From a virus: a stretch of DNA of 64,000 bases. The notes under the pieces are model-generated. The model was given only the letters and a program-made list of their open reading frames with translations, searched no databases and had not been told where the DNA came from. The stretch covers positions 1-64,000 of the IMG/VR virus record IMGVR_UViG_3300021962_000047, one strand, 5' to 3'. A program made the translations under genes and the position numbers. This document shows positions 48,345-58,502 of the stretch, piece by piece (position 1 is the first letter of the stretch; each line of letters begins with the position of its first letter).

Positions 48345-49895
48345 ATGAAATTCAACAAGCATAAAAAGCGAATAGAAGAATTGGAATTACAATTAAGTGG
48401 ACAAACAAAAACAGATAAATTACCACTACCAATTCAAGAACAAAAAACCGAAACTATGAAGAAAGTAAAAATCGAAAGATTACCTTACTCTTACTCCGCC
48501 TTGTCAAGATTTATTGACCCCGAAACAATGAACGTACACTACAACAAACATTACAAAGGGTATGTAGAAAAGTTAAACAGGGAGTTAGAAAAATTAAAAG
48601 AACAGGATTTAGAATTAGAACAAATCATAAAAGGTATCTCAAGATACAACACAACCGTTAAGAATAATGCGGGGGGAGCTTACAACCACCAATTATTTTG
48701 GAAGATGTTGTCACCAAAACAACAAAGACCATCAGGACCCGTTTACGATAAGATTGTAAAAAAATATGGGGACTATGAAAAGTTCAAACAAGAATTTTCA
48801 AGAAAGGCAAAAAACAAATTTGGAGCAGGATGGGTATGGTTGGTTCTTACAAAAAATAATGACTTAAAAATTATTACCACCGACAATCAGGATAACCCGT
48901 TAATGAATACCATTAATTTTGGGGGATATCCTTTGTTAGGATTGGACCTTTGGGAACACGCTTACTACCTCAAATATAAAAACAGAAGAGACGATTATAT
49001 CAAAAACTTCTTTAGTGTTATCAACTGGAGTTACGTGAACTACCTATTTGATAACAAAACCAAAAAGAAAATTAACGAATCTCGTGATGTGAAAAGTATC
49101 ATTGAGGAGGGAGCATCGAGAGGTTGTAGTCCCGCTCAGGTAAACACTTATAGAGAAATCTTTAACAAAAATTCTGAAATCAAAAAAATCTTCATGTTTG
49201 CAATTATGGATATTTTAAAAGAAGTTTTCGCTGATTTTTGGTATGATAAAGGAAAATATGCTGAAGGTGAGATGTCAGGTGTTTATGACTATGAAAAGAA
49301 AGGTCGTTCTGTGATTAACAAATTAAACACAAACTACACGGCATTTTGTACTTTGGTTAATGATATAAACGAGGTATTAAAGAAAATGGGTGTTGACCCA
49401 ATTAATATGATTAACCAATCTCCTGAACAACAAGTTAGAGAAGTAAGAAGGTTAGTCAGATATATGACGGAATTCCGTTATAGAATTTTCAATCCAGAAT
49501 CGGCAACATTTAAAAAGATTATGTCAGGATTGGATACTTCAAATCGTTTTGGTGATGAAAGAGAAATCAAAGCGGTTGTAAATATGAAAAACATATTTGG
49601 AACAAAAGAAGTATTCAAAGTGGGTGACCTTGGGAATGTTGAGGATATGTTAGGTGGGGTTGATGCTACCATTACTAAAGATGGTGAAACCAAAACAGCA
49701 CAAATCAAACCGTTTTCAACATATGAAGAAGGTGAAGATGGTAAAATTACCGTCTTTAACACAGGAAACGTAAAACCATATAAAACTGATTATTTGGTGT
49801 TCCACAACGACAGAAAAGGTACTATTGTGTTTAAAAACGATAATACTGAAATTGTTGGTGGTAATTATGTTTTCCCAAAAGAAGATATGTTGTAA
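48345..49895 (+). CDS. Fe/Mn superoxide dismutase (Mn-type signature) fused to a C-terminal PD-(D/E)xK-like domain
   Basis: LPYSYSAL, HYNKH, GGAYNHQLFW, FGAGWVWL, NQDNP, DLWEHAYY. The C-terminal ~270 aa contain GDERE...GVD...AQIK. Confidence 0.85.
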   Translation: MKFNKHKKRIEELELQLSGQTKTDKLPLPIQEQKTETMKKVKIERLPYSYSALSRFIDPETMNVHYNKHYKGYVEKLNRELEKLKEQDLELEQIIKGISRYNTTVKNNAGGAYNHQLFWKMLSPKQQRPSGPVYDKIVKKYGDYEKFKQEFSRKAKNKFGAGWVWLVLTKNNDLKIITTDNQDNPLMNTINFGGYPLLGLDLWEHAYYLKYKNRRDDYIKNFFSVINWSYVNYLFDNKTKKKINESRDVKSIIEEGASRGCSPAQVNTYREIFNKNSEIKKIFMFAIMDILKEVFADFWYDKGKYAEGEMSGVYDYEKKGRSVINKLNTNYTAFCTLVNDINEVLKKMGVDPINMINQSPEQQVREVRRLVRYMTEFRYRIFNPESATFKKIMSGLDTSNRFGDEREIKAVVNMKNIFGTKEVFKVGDLGNVEDMLGGVDATITKDGETKTAQIKPFSTYEEGEDGKITVFNTGNVKPYKTDYLVFHNDRKGTIVFKNDNTEIVGGNYVFPKEDML

Positions 49896-49938
49896 TAACA
49901 AACCGGGGTTGAATAATATTTATTAGTAAAAGACCCTT

Positions 49939-51051
49939 ATGGCTATTATCATTGGAACCGAAAGAGAAAAACTTTATACGAGAATTCGTCACCTTTTAGG
50001 AGCACCTCTTCGTGGTGTTGAGATTGAAGACGAAATGATGGATTCACTATTAGAATTGTCTGTTGAAGATTATTCTCAATATGTTGATGACTGGTTGATT
50101 GAATCTCAATGGACATCTTTATATGGTATGGACATTGATACCCAATCTTTAACCAGAGCATTCACTACTCGTTCATTAGATTGGGAAACCCAATACACTT
50201 ATGCATATTCTAAGATTGTAGGTTTACAAGCCGGTGGTCCTTGGGTTCTTAAAAAAGATTATTTTGATTTGGTTCCTAACCAACAGATATATGAAATTCC
50301 TGCTTGTCGTGAGATTAATGAACTTTTATGGTTCACCAGAGCTGAGTTAGATGCTGCGTTCTTTGACCCATTTATGGGTGGTTTTGGAGGATTCGGTGGT
50401 GTAGGTTTAGGTGGTGGTGCCGGTTTCTCACAAATGGGAACAACTGGTAGTTACTTCATTACACCAGCATTTGATATCCTTTTAAGAATGCAAGACATCA
50501 ATATCAAAAGAAGAATTATCGCTGGTGAACTAACATACCGTATTACAGCATTACCTGAGGGTAAAAAGGCGGTACATCTTTATAACGTACCTGGAGGTAA
50601 ATTTGATTTTGGTAATATCGAAAACAATAGTTATCGTGTTTGGTATTGGTATTATGATACCTGTGATAGAGATGATTGTTTACAAGCCAATCCTGATGTG
50701 GTTAGATTACCATCTGATGTACCAATTTCAGGTTTAAGATGGGATGAGTTAAACTCACCCGCAAAAACTTGGGTTCGTCGTTGGTTTACCGCATATGTTA
50801 AAGAAACTTTAGGTAGAGTTAGAGGAAAATATCAAGGAAACTTGAAAACTCCCGATAGTGAACTACAATTAGAATATGATTCCTTGTTAACGGAAGCTAA
50901 AGATGAAAAATCTAAATTACTTGAAGAATTGATGGCGAGGTTAGAAAGGCTTCGTCCTGATAAGATGATGGAAAGAGAGGCTAACGTTGCGGAACAATTA
51001 AACAAGTCATTGCAATATAGAGCAATGCCTCGTCAAATTTATGTAATTTAA
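49939..51051 (+). CDS. Neck / head-tail adaptor protein (gp13-like)
   Basis: RHLLGAPLRGVEI...WVRRWFTAYVKETLGRVRGKY...LLTEAKDEK. Confidence 0.85.
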   Translation: MAIIIGTEREKLYTRIRHLLGAPLRGVEIEDEMMDSLLELSVEDYSQYVDDWLIESQWTSLYGMDIDTQSLTRAFTTRSLDWETQYTYAYSKIVGLQAGGPWVLKKDYFDLVPNQQIYEIPACREINELLWFTRAELDAAFFDPFMGGFGGFGGVGLGGGAGFSQMGTTGSYFITPAFDILLRMQDINIKRRIIAGELTYRITALPEGKKAVHLYNVPGGKFDFGNIENNSYRVWYWYYDTCDRDDCLQANPDVVRLPSDVPISGLRWDELNSPAKTWVRRWFTAYVKETLGRVRGKYQGNLKTPDSELQLEYDSLLTEAKDEKSKLLEELMARLERLRPDKMMEREANVAEQLNKSLQYRAMPRQIYVI

Positions 51052-51052
51052 C

Positions 51053-51385
51053 ATGCCAGTATTCAAGTCACAACCTGTAGACAAATATATTAACGGAACT
51101 TCAAGATTAGTTTCAGAATTTTGCGTTGTTACTGACCCTCACTACACAACCGATGGTGAAATTGCAATCGTAGTTAAAGATGTAGAAGAGTGTATTTTAA
51201 CATTAAATCATGAAACAACAAAACACATTACCATTAAATCTTTAACAAATACTTTAGTTATTTCATCTGACAATATAGATAGTGAATACACTGAAATATA
51301 TTTAGGAAAAGGTGCTTGTGTCGAATTACGTTATATCATCGGTGGATGGTATATTATGTCATCAGACGGATTAAAAACTTCTTAA
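51053..51385 (+). CDS. Hypothetical beta-rich protein
   Basis: 110 aa, starts 1 nt after the neck gene and converges on the polymerase gene. Confidence 0.6.
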   Translation: MPVFKSQPVDKYINGTSRLVSEFCVVTDPHYTTDGEIAIVVKDVEECILTLNHETTKHITIKSLTNTLVISSDNIDSEYTEIYLGKGACVELRYIIGGWYIMSSDGLKTS

Positions 51386-54174
51386 TCCTCATCATCTTCT
51401 TCAAACACAAACACATCTTTTACTGATTGGGCTAAACCACTCATAATCATTTGGTTTTTTTCCACATATTCACGGTCAACTAATTCAATTGTACCGTCTA
51501 AATACATATAGAATGGGTCAATACCAACACTTGACCAGAATTCAACTTCACCTTCAGAAAGAGTTAAAACTTCATCTAACGTATCTTGGTCACCTATTCT
51601 ACGAGGGAATCCACGTACTAATTGACATTGTGTTTTAGTAAAGAACGGTCTATCCTTTGGGTCCTCAATTAAAATTTCATCACGGATTTCAGGTGAAAAT
51701 ACAACCAACAAAGGTTCAATTCTTTTATTAAATGCAGCCATATATCGAGGAACATTGTATTCACCCAACAAATCAGGGTTATTTTCAATATCCTTTTCAT
51801 TAACCATATAACAGTTAATGATTACTTCAGTACCTTTTTTCTGTACGTCACCGTGTGATTTACGAGTACCGTTATTCACATAATAAACTGTATCGCCTAA
51901 ACCTGCGGGAATGTTATTTTGAAGAAGAAGTTCCATATGTGCTTGACGAGACATTAAAGAACCCGACTTTGTCTTTTTGGTGATATGTTGTTTGTAGTCC
52001 GAAATACTCTGTTTAACTCGAGCTTTGTTTGCAACCTTAGCAATTGGTATCTTTTGATTAAACACCTTATCAACATATTCATAATAGTATTCCAAGAACT
52101 CGTGACCCTTACCATCTAACAACATACGGAGACCTGAGTCCAAGAACTCGGCAACATAAGTTTGTAACTTTTTAGATTTAATACTGTTACCTGTTAGTTT
52201 TACTTTACCCTTATCGGTTAACAAAGCGTAATTCTTACGAGCTACGTTAATGGTAGCCGGCCATTGTCCGTCAGTATCCAATCCCATCTCATTTCTCATA
52301 AACAGGTCGTTATACTCGGCAACATCCGCTTCAGTACCCTCGTACTCCTTACCCTCAATAACCAATCCGTTAAGACCCTTACCGACATACTTGTAAGAAT
52401 ATCTACTTTCAGGTACCGCAAAGTTCACACCGTCCGTATCCATTACCAATGGTTGATATCCACGTTTCATAAACCACATAATCATCTGACGAAGATATTG
52501 TCGACCCGTACAGGTAATCTGTTCACCCATATCCATATCCCCCCACGGAAATACCTGTGGTGCGGATAACGAACCGAAGAATGCGTTAATGAAGATTTTG
52601 ATAGGTAATTGCTTACGAGCGTATTGTGATGACAACTTAGGGTCGGTTTTATAGTGTTTTTCCGCCAATTTCTTATAGTTAATACGAGTATCACGGAAAT
52701 ACTTCAGCATACTCTTCATCGCACCCGTTACGTCACATTTAGGGAATACGTCGTGTACCAACTGAATAGATGGGTATAGTGACGAGTAGTCAAGTTTCAA
52801 TACGTTTGTAGAGTAACCTACCGCCAACAAACGGGAAAGACCACCAGTAAAGTTTCGTTTTGGACCTTTCTGTGGAATAGCAAGGTTGTTCTTATAAGAC
52901 CAAGAGCTCATAATCATTTTCCACAATGTTGCAGTTCCCATTGTAGAAAGACGCTCGTATGTCGTAGGTACTAACTTCGCAAGAAGGAAGTTTGCTTGGT
53001 TGTATTCTTCATCAACAACCATAGTTTCGTAAATATCGTCATAAAGGTATCGTTCAATCAAATATGAACCGTTAACAATCTCATAGTGACCAGGAAATCT
53101 TTCCATTAGGTTTTCAGTACCTGGCGCACCAACCTCTTTGTATCCACCTGTCTTTGGGTTGAAGTAATAATCCTTATTATCAAAATAGATGGTACCAATC
53201 TTACCACCGTCAACATAAACTCGGTTTTCTTTTTCTGCACCAATAAACTTGGTAATATATTTAAGTCCCCAACTCTTAATGTCAGAGTTAATTGCTTGAG
53301 CTCTACGAACTGCGTGTGCAATATCCAATACGTTATAACCCCACATCAGAATCTGAGTGTATGGTTCCATTTCGTTTGCAAGTTTCAACATACCCTCTTT
53401 TTGACGAATGGGTTGTAGGGGGTTTAAGGTTTTTGCAACTTTTCTAATATCTAACCCTAATATCTTTGCTCGTTCAATAATAAACGGAAAGTCGAAGAAC
53501 GCTGAGTTATAACCACCAATAAGTGTTGGTTTTAATCTATTAATGGTATCGAAGAAGTCGACAATCATTTGTTTCTCTTCTTCACCATTAGCGGCAGACA
53601 ACACCTGTTCAAACCCTTTATTGTCTTTCATTCCGATAAGGAAGATGGAATCCGTTTTTGGGTTAAGTCCTGTGGTCTCGATGTCATATACAAATCGGTG
53701 GACCTCATCGTATTCTTCAAATCCCTTAAATAGTCGTTTTCCTCTCTGTACGAGGTATTGCTCGACAGGGGGGAGTACCATGATGTCATCGGTATTATCT
53801 CTTGACCAGGGGTCTAATCCACCGTTTCTGAAAAAGTTAATAAGGTTTTGATATGTCTTGGTTGTTTTAACCAAAAACTTTAAACCATTTTCCAATCTCT
53901 CATCACCCATTGTCTCAAGACGCTCGATGATGATACCATTTTCTGACATGGCAATCTTTTGGGCGTGTTTGTCGCCCTTATAAAAATTCTTTCCGTGAAG
54001 GTCTCCGACCCACGCGAAAGGAACAAAACTGTCAGTTTTAATTTGTTTACCCTGAATTGGGTCTTGAATAATTTTGTAGATTTTTGAGCTGAGGTAGTCG
54101 TATTCTAACGCTACAATGTATTTCTCGGGGTCTGTCCCGAGCAAAAACTCTTCGATTTCTTGTTGTGATACCAT
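51382..54174 (-). CDS. Family B DNA polymerase with 3'-5' exonuclease
   Basis: ExoI YDIETTG, ExoII YNSAFFD, region A DYSSLYPS, region B KIFINAFFG, region C MDTDG, RKNYA. Confidence 0.95.
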   Translation of the reverse strand: MVSQQEIEEFLLGTDPEKYIVALEYDYLSSKIYKIIQDPIQGKQIKTDSFVPFAWVGDLHGKNFYKGDKHAQKIAMSENGIIIERLETMGDERLENGLKFLVKTTKTYQNLINFFRNGGLDPWSRDNTDDIMVLPPVEQYLVQRGKRLFKGFEEYDEVHRFVYDIETTGLNPKTDSIFLIGMKDNKGFEQVLSAANGEEEKQMIVDFFDTINRLKPTLIGGYNSAFFDFPFIIERAKILGLDIRKVAKTLNPLQPIRQKEGMLKLANEMEPYTQILMWGYNVLDIAHAVRRAQAINSDIKSWGLKYITKFIGAEKENRVYVDGGKIGTIYFDNKDYYFNPKTGGYKEVGAPGTENLMERFPGHYEIVNGSYLIERYLYDDIYETMVVDEEYNQANFLLAKLVPTTYERLSTMGTATLWKMIMSSWSYKNNLAIPQKGPKRNFTGGLSRLLAVGYSTNVLKLDYSSLYPSIQLVHDVFPKCDVTGAMKSMLKYFRDTRINYKKLAEKHYKTDPKLSSQYARKQLPIKIFINAFFGSLSAPQVFPWGDMDMGEQITCTGRQYLRQMIMWFMKRGYQPLVMDTDGVNFAVPESRYSYKYVGKGLNGLVIEGKEYEGTEADVAEYNDLFMRNEMGLDTDGQWPATINVARKNYALLTDKGKVKLTGNSIKSKKLQTYVAEFLDSGLRMLLDGKGHEFLEYYYEYVDKVFNQKIPIAKVANKARVKQSISDYKQHITKKTKSGSLMSRQAHMELLLQNNIPAGLGDTVYYVNNGTRKSHGDVQKKGTEVIINCYMVNEKDIENNPDLLGEYNVPRYMAAFNKRIEPLLVVFSPEIRDEILIEDPKDRPFFTKTQCQLVRGFPRRIGDQDTLDEVLTLSEGEVEFWSSVGIDPFYMYLDGTIELVDREYVEKNQMIMSGLAQSVKDVFVFEEDDED

Positions 54175-54235
54175 AATACTTTTTTTTGAGACATTATTCT
54201 CTCACCAATGGTGAGATTACTCTTGTACTATGATA

Positions 54236-54264
54236 AGTATAATAAACTATTTGTTATTCGTCAA
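54236..54264 (-). promoter_or_regulatory. Candidate sigma70-like promoter for the polymerase gene
   Basis: TTGACG-N17-TATACT about 60 nt upstream of the ATG. Confidence 0.6.
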
Positions 54265-54614
54265 ATGATATTGATGTATAGTGTTTCCCTGATTGGGGCA
54301 ATTAGTTCACCCATTGAATTGATAACCGAAAACTCTCCGATATATCTACCTTTTTTCTTTGTATCTCTACCCGTCCACTTATAATATATGTAATATTCAA
54401 CGGGAGAATCAATGTTTGTGTCTGTTTTTGACACAATATATGCATTATTCATAAGAATTTTTGGAATACCAGTCGCTTCGTCTTTCATGGAAAAACGAAT
54501 GGTAGCATTGTCTAAGTCCTCATCAAATAACCTCCATGCATTGGTTCTACCATCACGGACCACTTGCATTTTAAGGATTGGAAGCTCACTATTTTGTTTA
54601 ATAAAGAATTCCAT
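54261..54614 (-). CDS. BppU N-terminal-like adaptor protein
   Basis: MEFFIKQNSELPIL...ATIRFSM...YKWTGRDT..GRYIGEF; paralogous to the N-terminus of 58503..61733. Confidence 0.6.
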   Translation of the reverse strand: MEFFIKQNSELPILKMQVVRDGRTNAWRLFDEDLDNATIRFSMKDEATGIPKILMNNAYIVSKTDTNIDSPVEYYIYYKWTGRDTKKKGRYIGEFSVINSMGELIAPIRETLYINII

Positions 54615-54654
54615 AAATTCTGTTTCCTAATAAATAGTTTCTTAATCTAATTTA

Positions 54655-57600
54655 TTAAGAACAGTTAGAGTAGAACGTAATATTGTTAGGTGAACAACTT
54701 GTCAAAGTATATTGACTATAGTTAGTTGCTGGAGGGTCTCCAGGGTTAGATGGTGATTGTGCATAAATGTAGTTACCTTGGACATCTGCTGCGATTTCAC
54801 TATAGAAAATCGTTAATGAACACGGTGCAGGTGGGTCAACCGCACCGATTTCAACACGAACCACATCACCAACACATGCGGATATTGTAGTTGTAGTATT
54901 CGAACCACAAGGAACACCAGTTCCAAACGAATAAACCTGAACTCCATTAACTTTAATAACTCCAAGAGTTTTAATACAACAAGTAGAACCAACAATACAG
55001 CCTTGTTTAATATGTTGAACATTTATTGTACAACATTGAGTTGTTTGAGTTGGTGTAACAGTTCTGGTTGGTGTTGGAGTCCTTGTTGGAGTTCTCGTAA
55101 CTGTTTGAGTTGCAGTTTTAGTTGGCGTAGGAGTTGCAGTTCTCGTAGGTGTTGCAGTTCTCGTAGGTGTTGGAGTCGGTGTTGGTGTTGTAATAACACT
55201 CGTACATGGGTAAGATTCGGTACATGTAGCACAATCATCATAAGTAATACCACCAAATCCACCTGTAAATACAGACCAAGTTATTGGTACATCAAGTATT
55301 TTATTTAATGTGTAACAATTATTTGAAATTCCTCCTTGTTCTGAAACATACACAATTAGACCATTATTATTACTCACATACTCACAAATACTAGTATCTT
55401 GACTACCAAAGTAATATATTTCAAATTCACCTTCGGAACAACAATTGTCCGATAAACTAAAGTAACAATACTCAGGACTTGTTGGAGTCGGAGTTAATGT
55501 TGGTGTTTGAGTTGGTGTAGGTGTTGGTGTCGGACACGGAGCTACATCATTACAAGCTGAACAATCGACATATAATGTAGTCACTTTATACTCTGCGGGT
55601 TCTGGCGTTCCCACTAAGTCATAAATTGTGTAACAAATTCCGTCAATTATAACAACATACCCTTGTAATTCACTTCCATATGCCGTTGGAACATCAACAA
55701 ATTTCACAATTTCAGTTCTTCCATCACAACATTCAATCATTGTTAATTCCCATGTAGTGTATGCAACCGTTTCGGTTGGGGTATTAGTAGGTGTATTTGT
55801 TGCGGTTAATGTAGGTGTAGCTGTTGCGGTCAACGTAGGTGTTGATGTCAACGTAGGTGTGTTTGTCGATGTTAATGTTGGAGTTGAAGTCCTTGTTGGT
55901 GTATTTGTAGCTGTTAATGTTGGAGTATTTGTCGCGGTCAACGTAGGTGTTGCCGTTGCGGTTAGTGTTGGAGTCGAAGTCCTTGTTGGAGTATTTGTGG
56001 CAGTTAACGTAGGAGTTGAAGTCCTTGTTGGTGTATTTGTTGCAGTCAACGTAGGAGTTGAAGTCCTTGTTGGGGTATTTGTTGCGGTTAATGTTGGAGT
56101 ATTTGTCGCGGTTAAAGTTGGAGTATTTGTTGCGGTTAAAGTAGGAGTTGAAGTTCTTGTCGGAGTATTTGTTGCGGTTAAAGTAGGTGTTGAAGTTCTT
56201 GTCGGAGTATTTGTCGCGGTTAAAGTAGGTGTTGATGTTAATGTTGGAGTATTTGTTGCAGTCAACGTAGGTGTTGATGTTAATGTTTGGGTTGGTGTAG
56301 GAGTAACTGTTCTTGTTGCCGTTAACGTAGGAGTGTTTGTCGCTGTTAGTGTAGGTGTTGATGTTAATGTTTGAGTCGGTGTAGGAGTAACTGTTCTCGT
56401 TGCAGTTAATGTAGGTGTACTGGTTGATGTAAGTGTTTGTGTTGATGTAACTGTTTGAGTTTGTGTTGGAGTAACCGTTCTCGTTGCGGTTAATGTTGGA
56501 GTACTAGTTGAAGTCAACGTAGGTGTTGAAGTCAATGTAGGTGTGCTGGTAGATGTTTGTGTTGGAGTACTTGTTAAAGTCGGTGTGTTAGTTGCAGTTA
56601 ATGTTGGAGTAGATGTTAGTGTCTGAGTATTAGTAGGTGTAACCGTTCTGGTTGATGTTAATGTCGGTGTGTTAGTTGGTGTTTGAGTTGGCTGTGCAGT
56701 CAATGTAGGTGTCGCAGTTGAAGTCAATGTAGGTGTTGAAGTCAACGTAGGTGTACTTGTTGAAGTTAAAGTTGGAGTATTAGTTGCGGTTAATGTGGGA
56801 GTATTTGTTGATGTTAAAGTAGGTGTAGATGTTAATGTTTGAGTTAAAGTTGGCGTTTGTGTTGGAGTAGATGTAACTGTTTGTGTCGGTGTCGGAGTTG
56901 GACATGTAAATGTAGTACCCGCAACTGCATCACCATCTACATCAGTTACAATATTGATTTGTGTTGGGTCACTTATTCTTTGAATATATAGGCTTGGACC
57001 TCCGTATAATGAAATTAATTCACTATAAATGTAAGGTGTTAGATTACCATCTGAATATAATGTTTCACCTTCAATTACAGGGTGGTCATTATCATAAATT
57101 ACAATAGTTGATGGTGTACCATAACATAAATCATTTAAACTATTTGATATATAATAGTTTTCAGCATTTTGAATTTGAGTTGGTGTTGGTGTAGATGTTT
57201 GAGTGCTCGTAGGGGTTGGAGTATTTGTAGAACTCAATGTCGGAGTAGAAGTTAATGATTGAGTCGGTGTTGGTGTAACTGTTCTTGTTGAGGTTAATGT
57301 AGGAGTATTAGTTGCGGTTAAAGTAGGTGTACTAGTTAAAGTAGGTGTTGAGGTCGAAGTTAAAGTAGGTGTGTTAGTTGATGTTAATGTTGGCGTATTA
57401 GTTGAAGTTAATGTTGGCGTTTGACTCTGAGTTTGTGTATTAGTTGGAGTAACAGTTCTTGTTGATGTCAAAGTAGGTGTTGACGTACTTGTCAATGTTG
57501 GAGTACTGGTCGTTGTTGGCGTTGAAGTGCTCGTCTGAGTTGGAGTATTAGTAAGTGTTTGAGTTGGAGTTGCAGTTAATGTTTTAGTGGCTGTTACTGT

Positions 57601-58440
57601 TTGAGTATTTGTTGGTGTTAAAGTTAAAGTACTTGTTAAAGTAGGTGTTGAAGTACTTGTTAGTGTTGGCGTTTGAGTTAAAGTAGGAGTTGAAGTACTT
57701 GTTAATGTTGGAGTACTTGTTAATGTAGGTGTTGAAGTACTTGTTAGAGTTGGCGTTTGAGTTAAAGTAGGTGTTGACGTACTTGTCAATGTCGGAGTAC
57801 TTGTTAGAGTTGGTGTTGACGTACTTGTCAATGTTGGAGTACTCGTTAAGGTTTGAGTATTCGTTGGGGTTAAAGTGGGTGTTTGAGTTAAAGTAGGTGT
57901 TGAAGTACTTGTTAAAGTAGGAGTTGAAGTTAATGTAGGTGTAGATGTACTAGTTAAAGTTGGTGTGCTTGTTAATGTCGGTGTTGAAGTGCTTGTTAAT
58001 GTTGGTGTAGATGTACTTGTTTGAGTCGGAGTATTAGTCGGAGTATTAGTAGATGTTAATGTCGGTGTCGAAGTGCTTGTTAAAGTTGGTGTTGCGGTAC
58101 TCGTTTGTGTTGGAGTGTTTGACAAAGTCGGAGTACTCGTCAATGTAGGAGTTGACGTACTAGTTTGAGTAGGAGTATTTGTGAGTGTTTGAGTTAATGT
58201 TGGGGTGCTAGTTAATGTTGCAGTTAAAGTTGGTGTTGGTGGAATAATATGAATATATGTTTTATCATAATAAGGAACATAAATTTCATAAGTACCTGTA
58301 AAATGAGGCGCAATATAATTAAAAGGCATTGTAAGCGTACCTAAATCAGATGGGTCACCACCTTCATCAGACAAATACGTAACCTGAACTGTAAAACCAC
58401 TTAGGTTTTCACTTAAAAATCTAATACCTTCTCCCGCCAT
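54655..58440 (-). CDS. Mucin-like Thr/Pro-rich modular virion fibre with Cys-rich modules
   Basis: 1261 aa. Two long [14 protein letters not shown] tracts, one internal globular domain, two 6-Cys modules and a Cys-rich C-terminal domain. Confidence 0.8.
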   Translation of the reverse strand: MAGEGIRFLSENLSGFTVQVTYLSDEGGDPSDLGTLTMPFNYIAPHFTGTYEIYVPYYDKTYIHIIPPTPTLTATLTSTPTLTQTLTNTPTQTSTSTPTLTSTPTLSNTPTQTSTATPTLTSTSTPTLTSTNTPTNTPTQTSTSTPTLTSTSTPTLTSTPTLTSTSTPTLTSTPTLTSTSTPTLTQTPTLTPTNTQTLTSTPTLTSTSTPTLTSTPTLTSTSTPTLTQTPTLTSTSTPTLTSTPTLTSTSTPTLTQTPTLTSTSTPTLTSTLTLTPTNTQTVTATKTLTATPTQTLTNTPTQTSTSTPTTTSTPTLTSTSTPTLTSTRTVTPTNTQTQSQTPTLTSTNTPTLTSTNTPTLTSTSTPTLTSTPTLTATNTPTLTSTRTVTPTPTQSLTSTPTLSSTNTPTPTSTQTSTPTPTQIQNAENYYISNSLNDLCYGTPSTIVIYDNDHPVIEGETLYSDGNLTPYIYSELISLYGGPSLYIQRISDPTQINIVTDVDGDAVAGTTFTCPTPTPTQTVTSTPTQTPTLTQTLTSTPTLTSTNTPTLTATNTPTLTSTSTPTLTSTPTLTSTATPTLTAQPTQTPTNTPTLTSTRTVTPTNTQTLTSTPTLTATNTPTLTSTPTQTSTSTPTLTSTPTLTSTSTPTLTATRTVTPTQTQTVTSTQTLTSTSTPTLTATRTVTPTPTQTLTSTPTLTATNTPTLTATRTVTPTPTQTLTSTPTLTATNTPTLTSTPTLTATNTPTRTSTPTLTATNTPTRTSTPTLTATNTPTLTATNTPTLTATNTPTRTSTPTLTATNTPTRTSTPTLTATNTPTRTSTPTLTATATPTLTATNTPTLTATNTPTRTSTPTLTSTNTPTLTSTPTLTATATPTLTATNTPTNTPTETVAYTTWELTMIECCDGRTEIVKFVDVPTAYGSELQGYVVIIDGICYTIYDLVGTPEPAEYKVTTLYVDCSACNDVAPCPTPTPTPTQTPTLTPTPTSPEYCYFSLSDNCCSEGEFEIYYFGSQDTSICEYVSNNNGLIVYVSEQGGISNNCYTLNKILDVPITWSVFTGGFGGITYDDCATCTESYPCTSVITTPTPTPTPTRTATPTRTATPTPTKTATQTVTRTPTRTPTPTRTVTPTQTTQCCTINVQHIKQGCIVGSTCCIKTLGVIKVNGVQVYSFGTGVPCGSNTTTTISACVGDVVRVEIGAVDPPAPCSLTIFYSEIAADVQGNYIYAQSPSNPGDPPATNYSQYTLTSCSPNNITFYSNCS
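55770..58240 (-). repeat. Degenerate coding tandem repeats (18/24-bp units; [22 protein letters not shown]), interrupted at 56902-57171
   Basis: Visible in both DNA and protein, with varied third codon positions. Confidence 0.9.
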
Positions 58441-58502
58441 TTTTTATTTTATAATAAATATTACCTAATCTTATAATCCCATTTTATTTTTTAGTAATTT
58501 CT

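Larger units (their letters stand above)
1296..58460. promoter_or_regulatory. Dispersed TATTTAT motif on the coding strand upstream of 14 genes (candidate late promoter)
   Basis: Minus-strand copies start at 1296, 13763, 16134, 20667, 25358, 37063, 38817, 40346, 44706, 46502, 54630 and 58454. Plus-strand copies are at 48324 and 49917, before plus-strand genes. Confidence 0.7.

Noticed and set aside
16215-54174. Inteins or introns in nrdA, nrdB, helicase, RecA or polymerase
   Set aside because: Motif spacing is continuous, with no splice-junction or homing-endonuclease motifs seen.
55757-56374. 205-aa plus-strand Val/Gly repeat ORF
   Set aside because: It is the antisense shadow of Thr/Pro codons in 54655..58440, with no independent signals.
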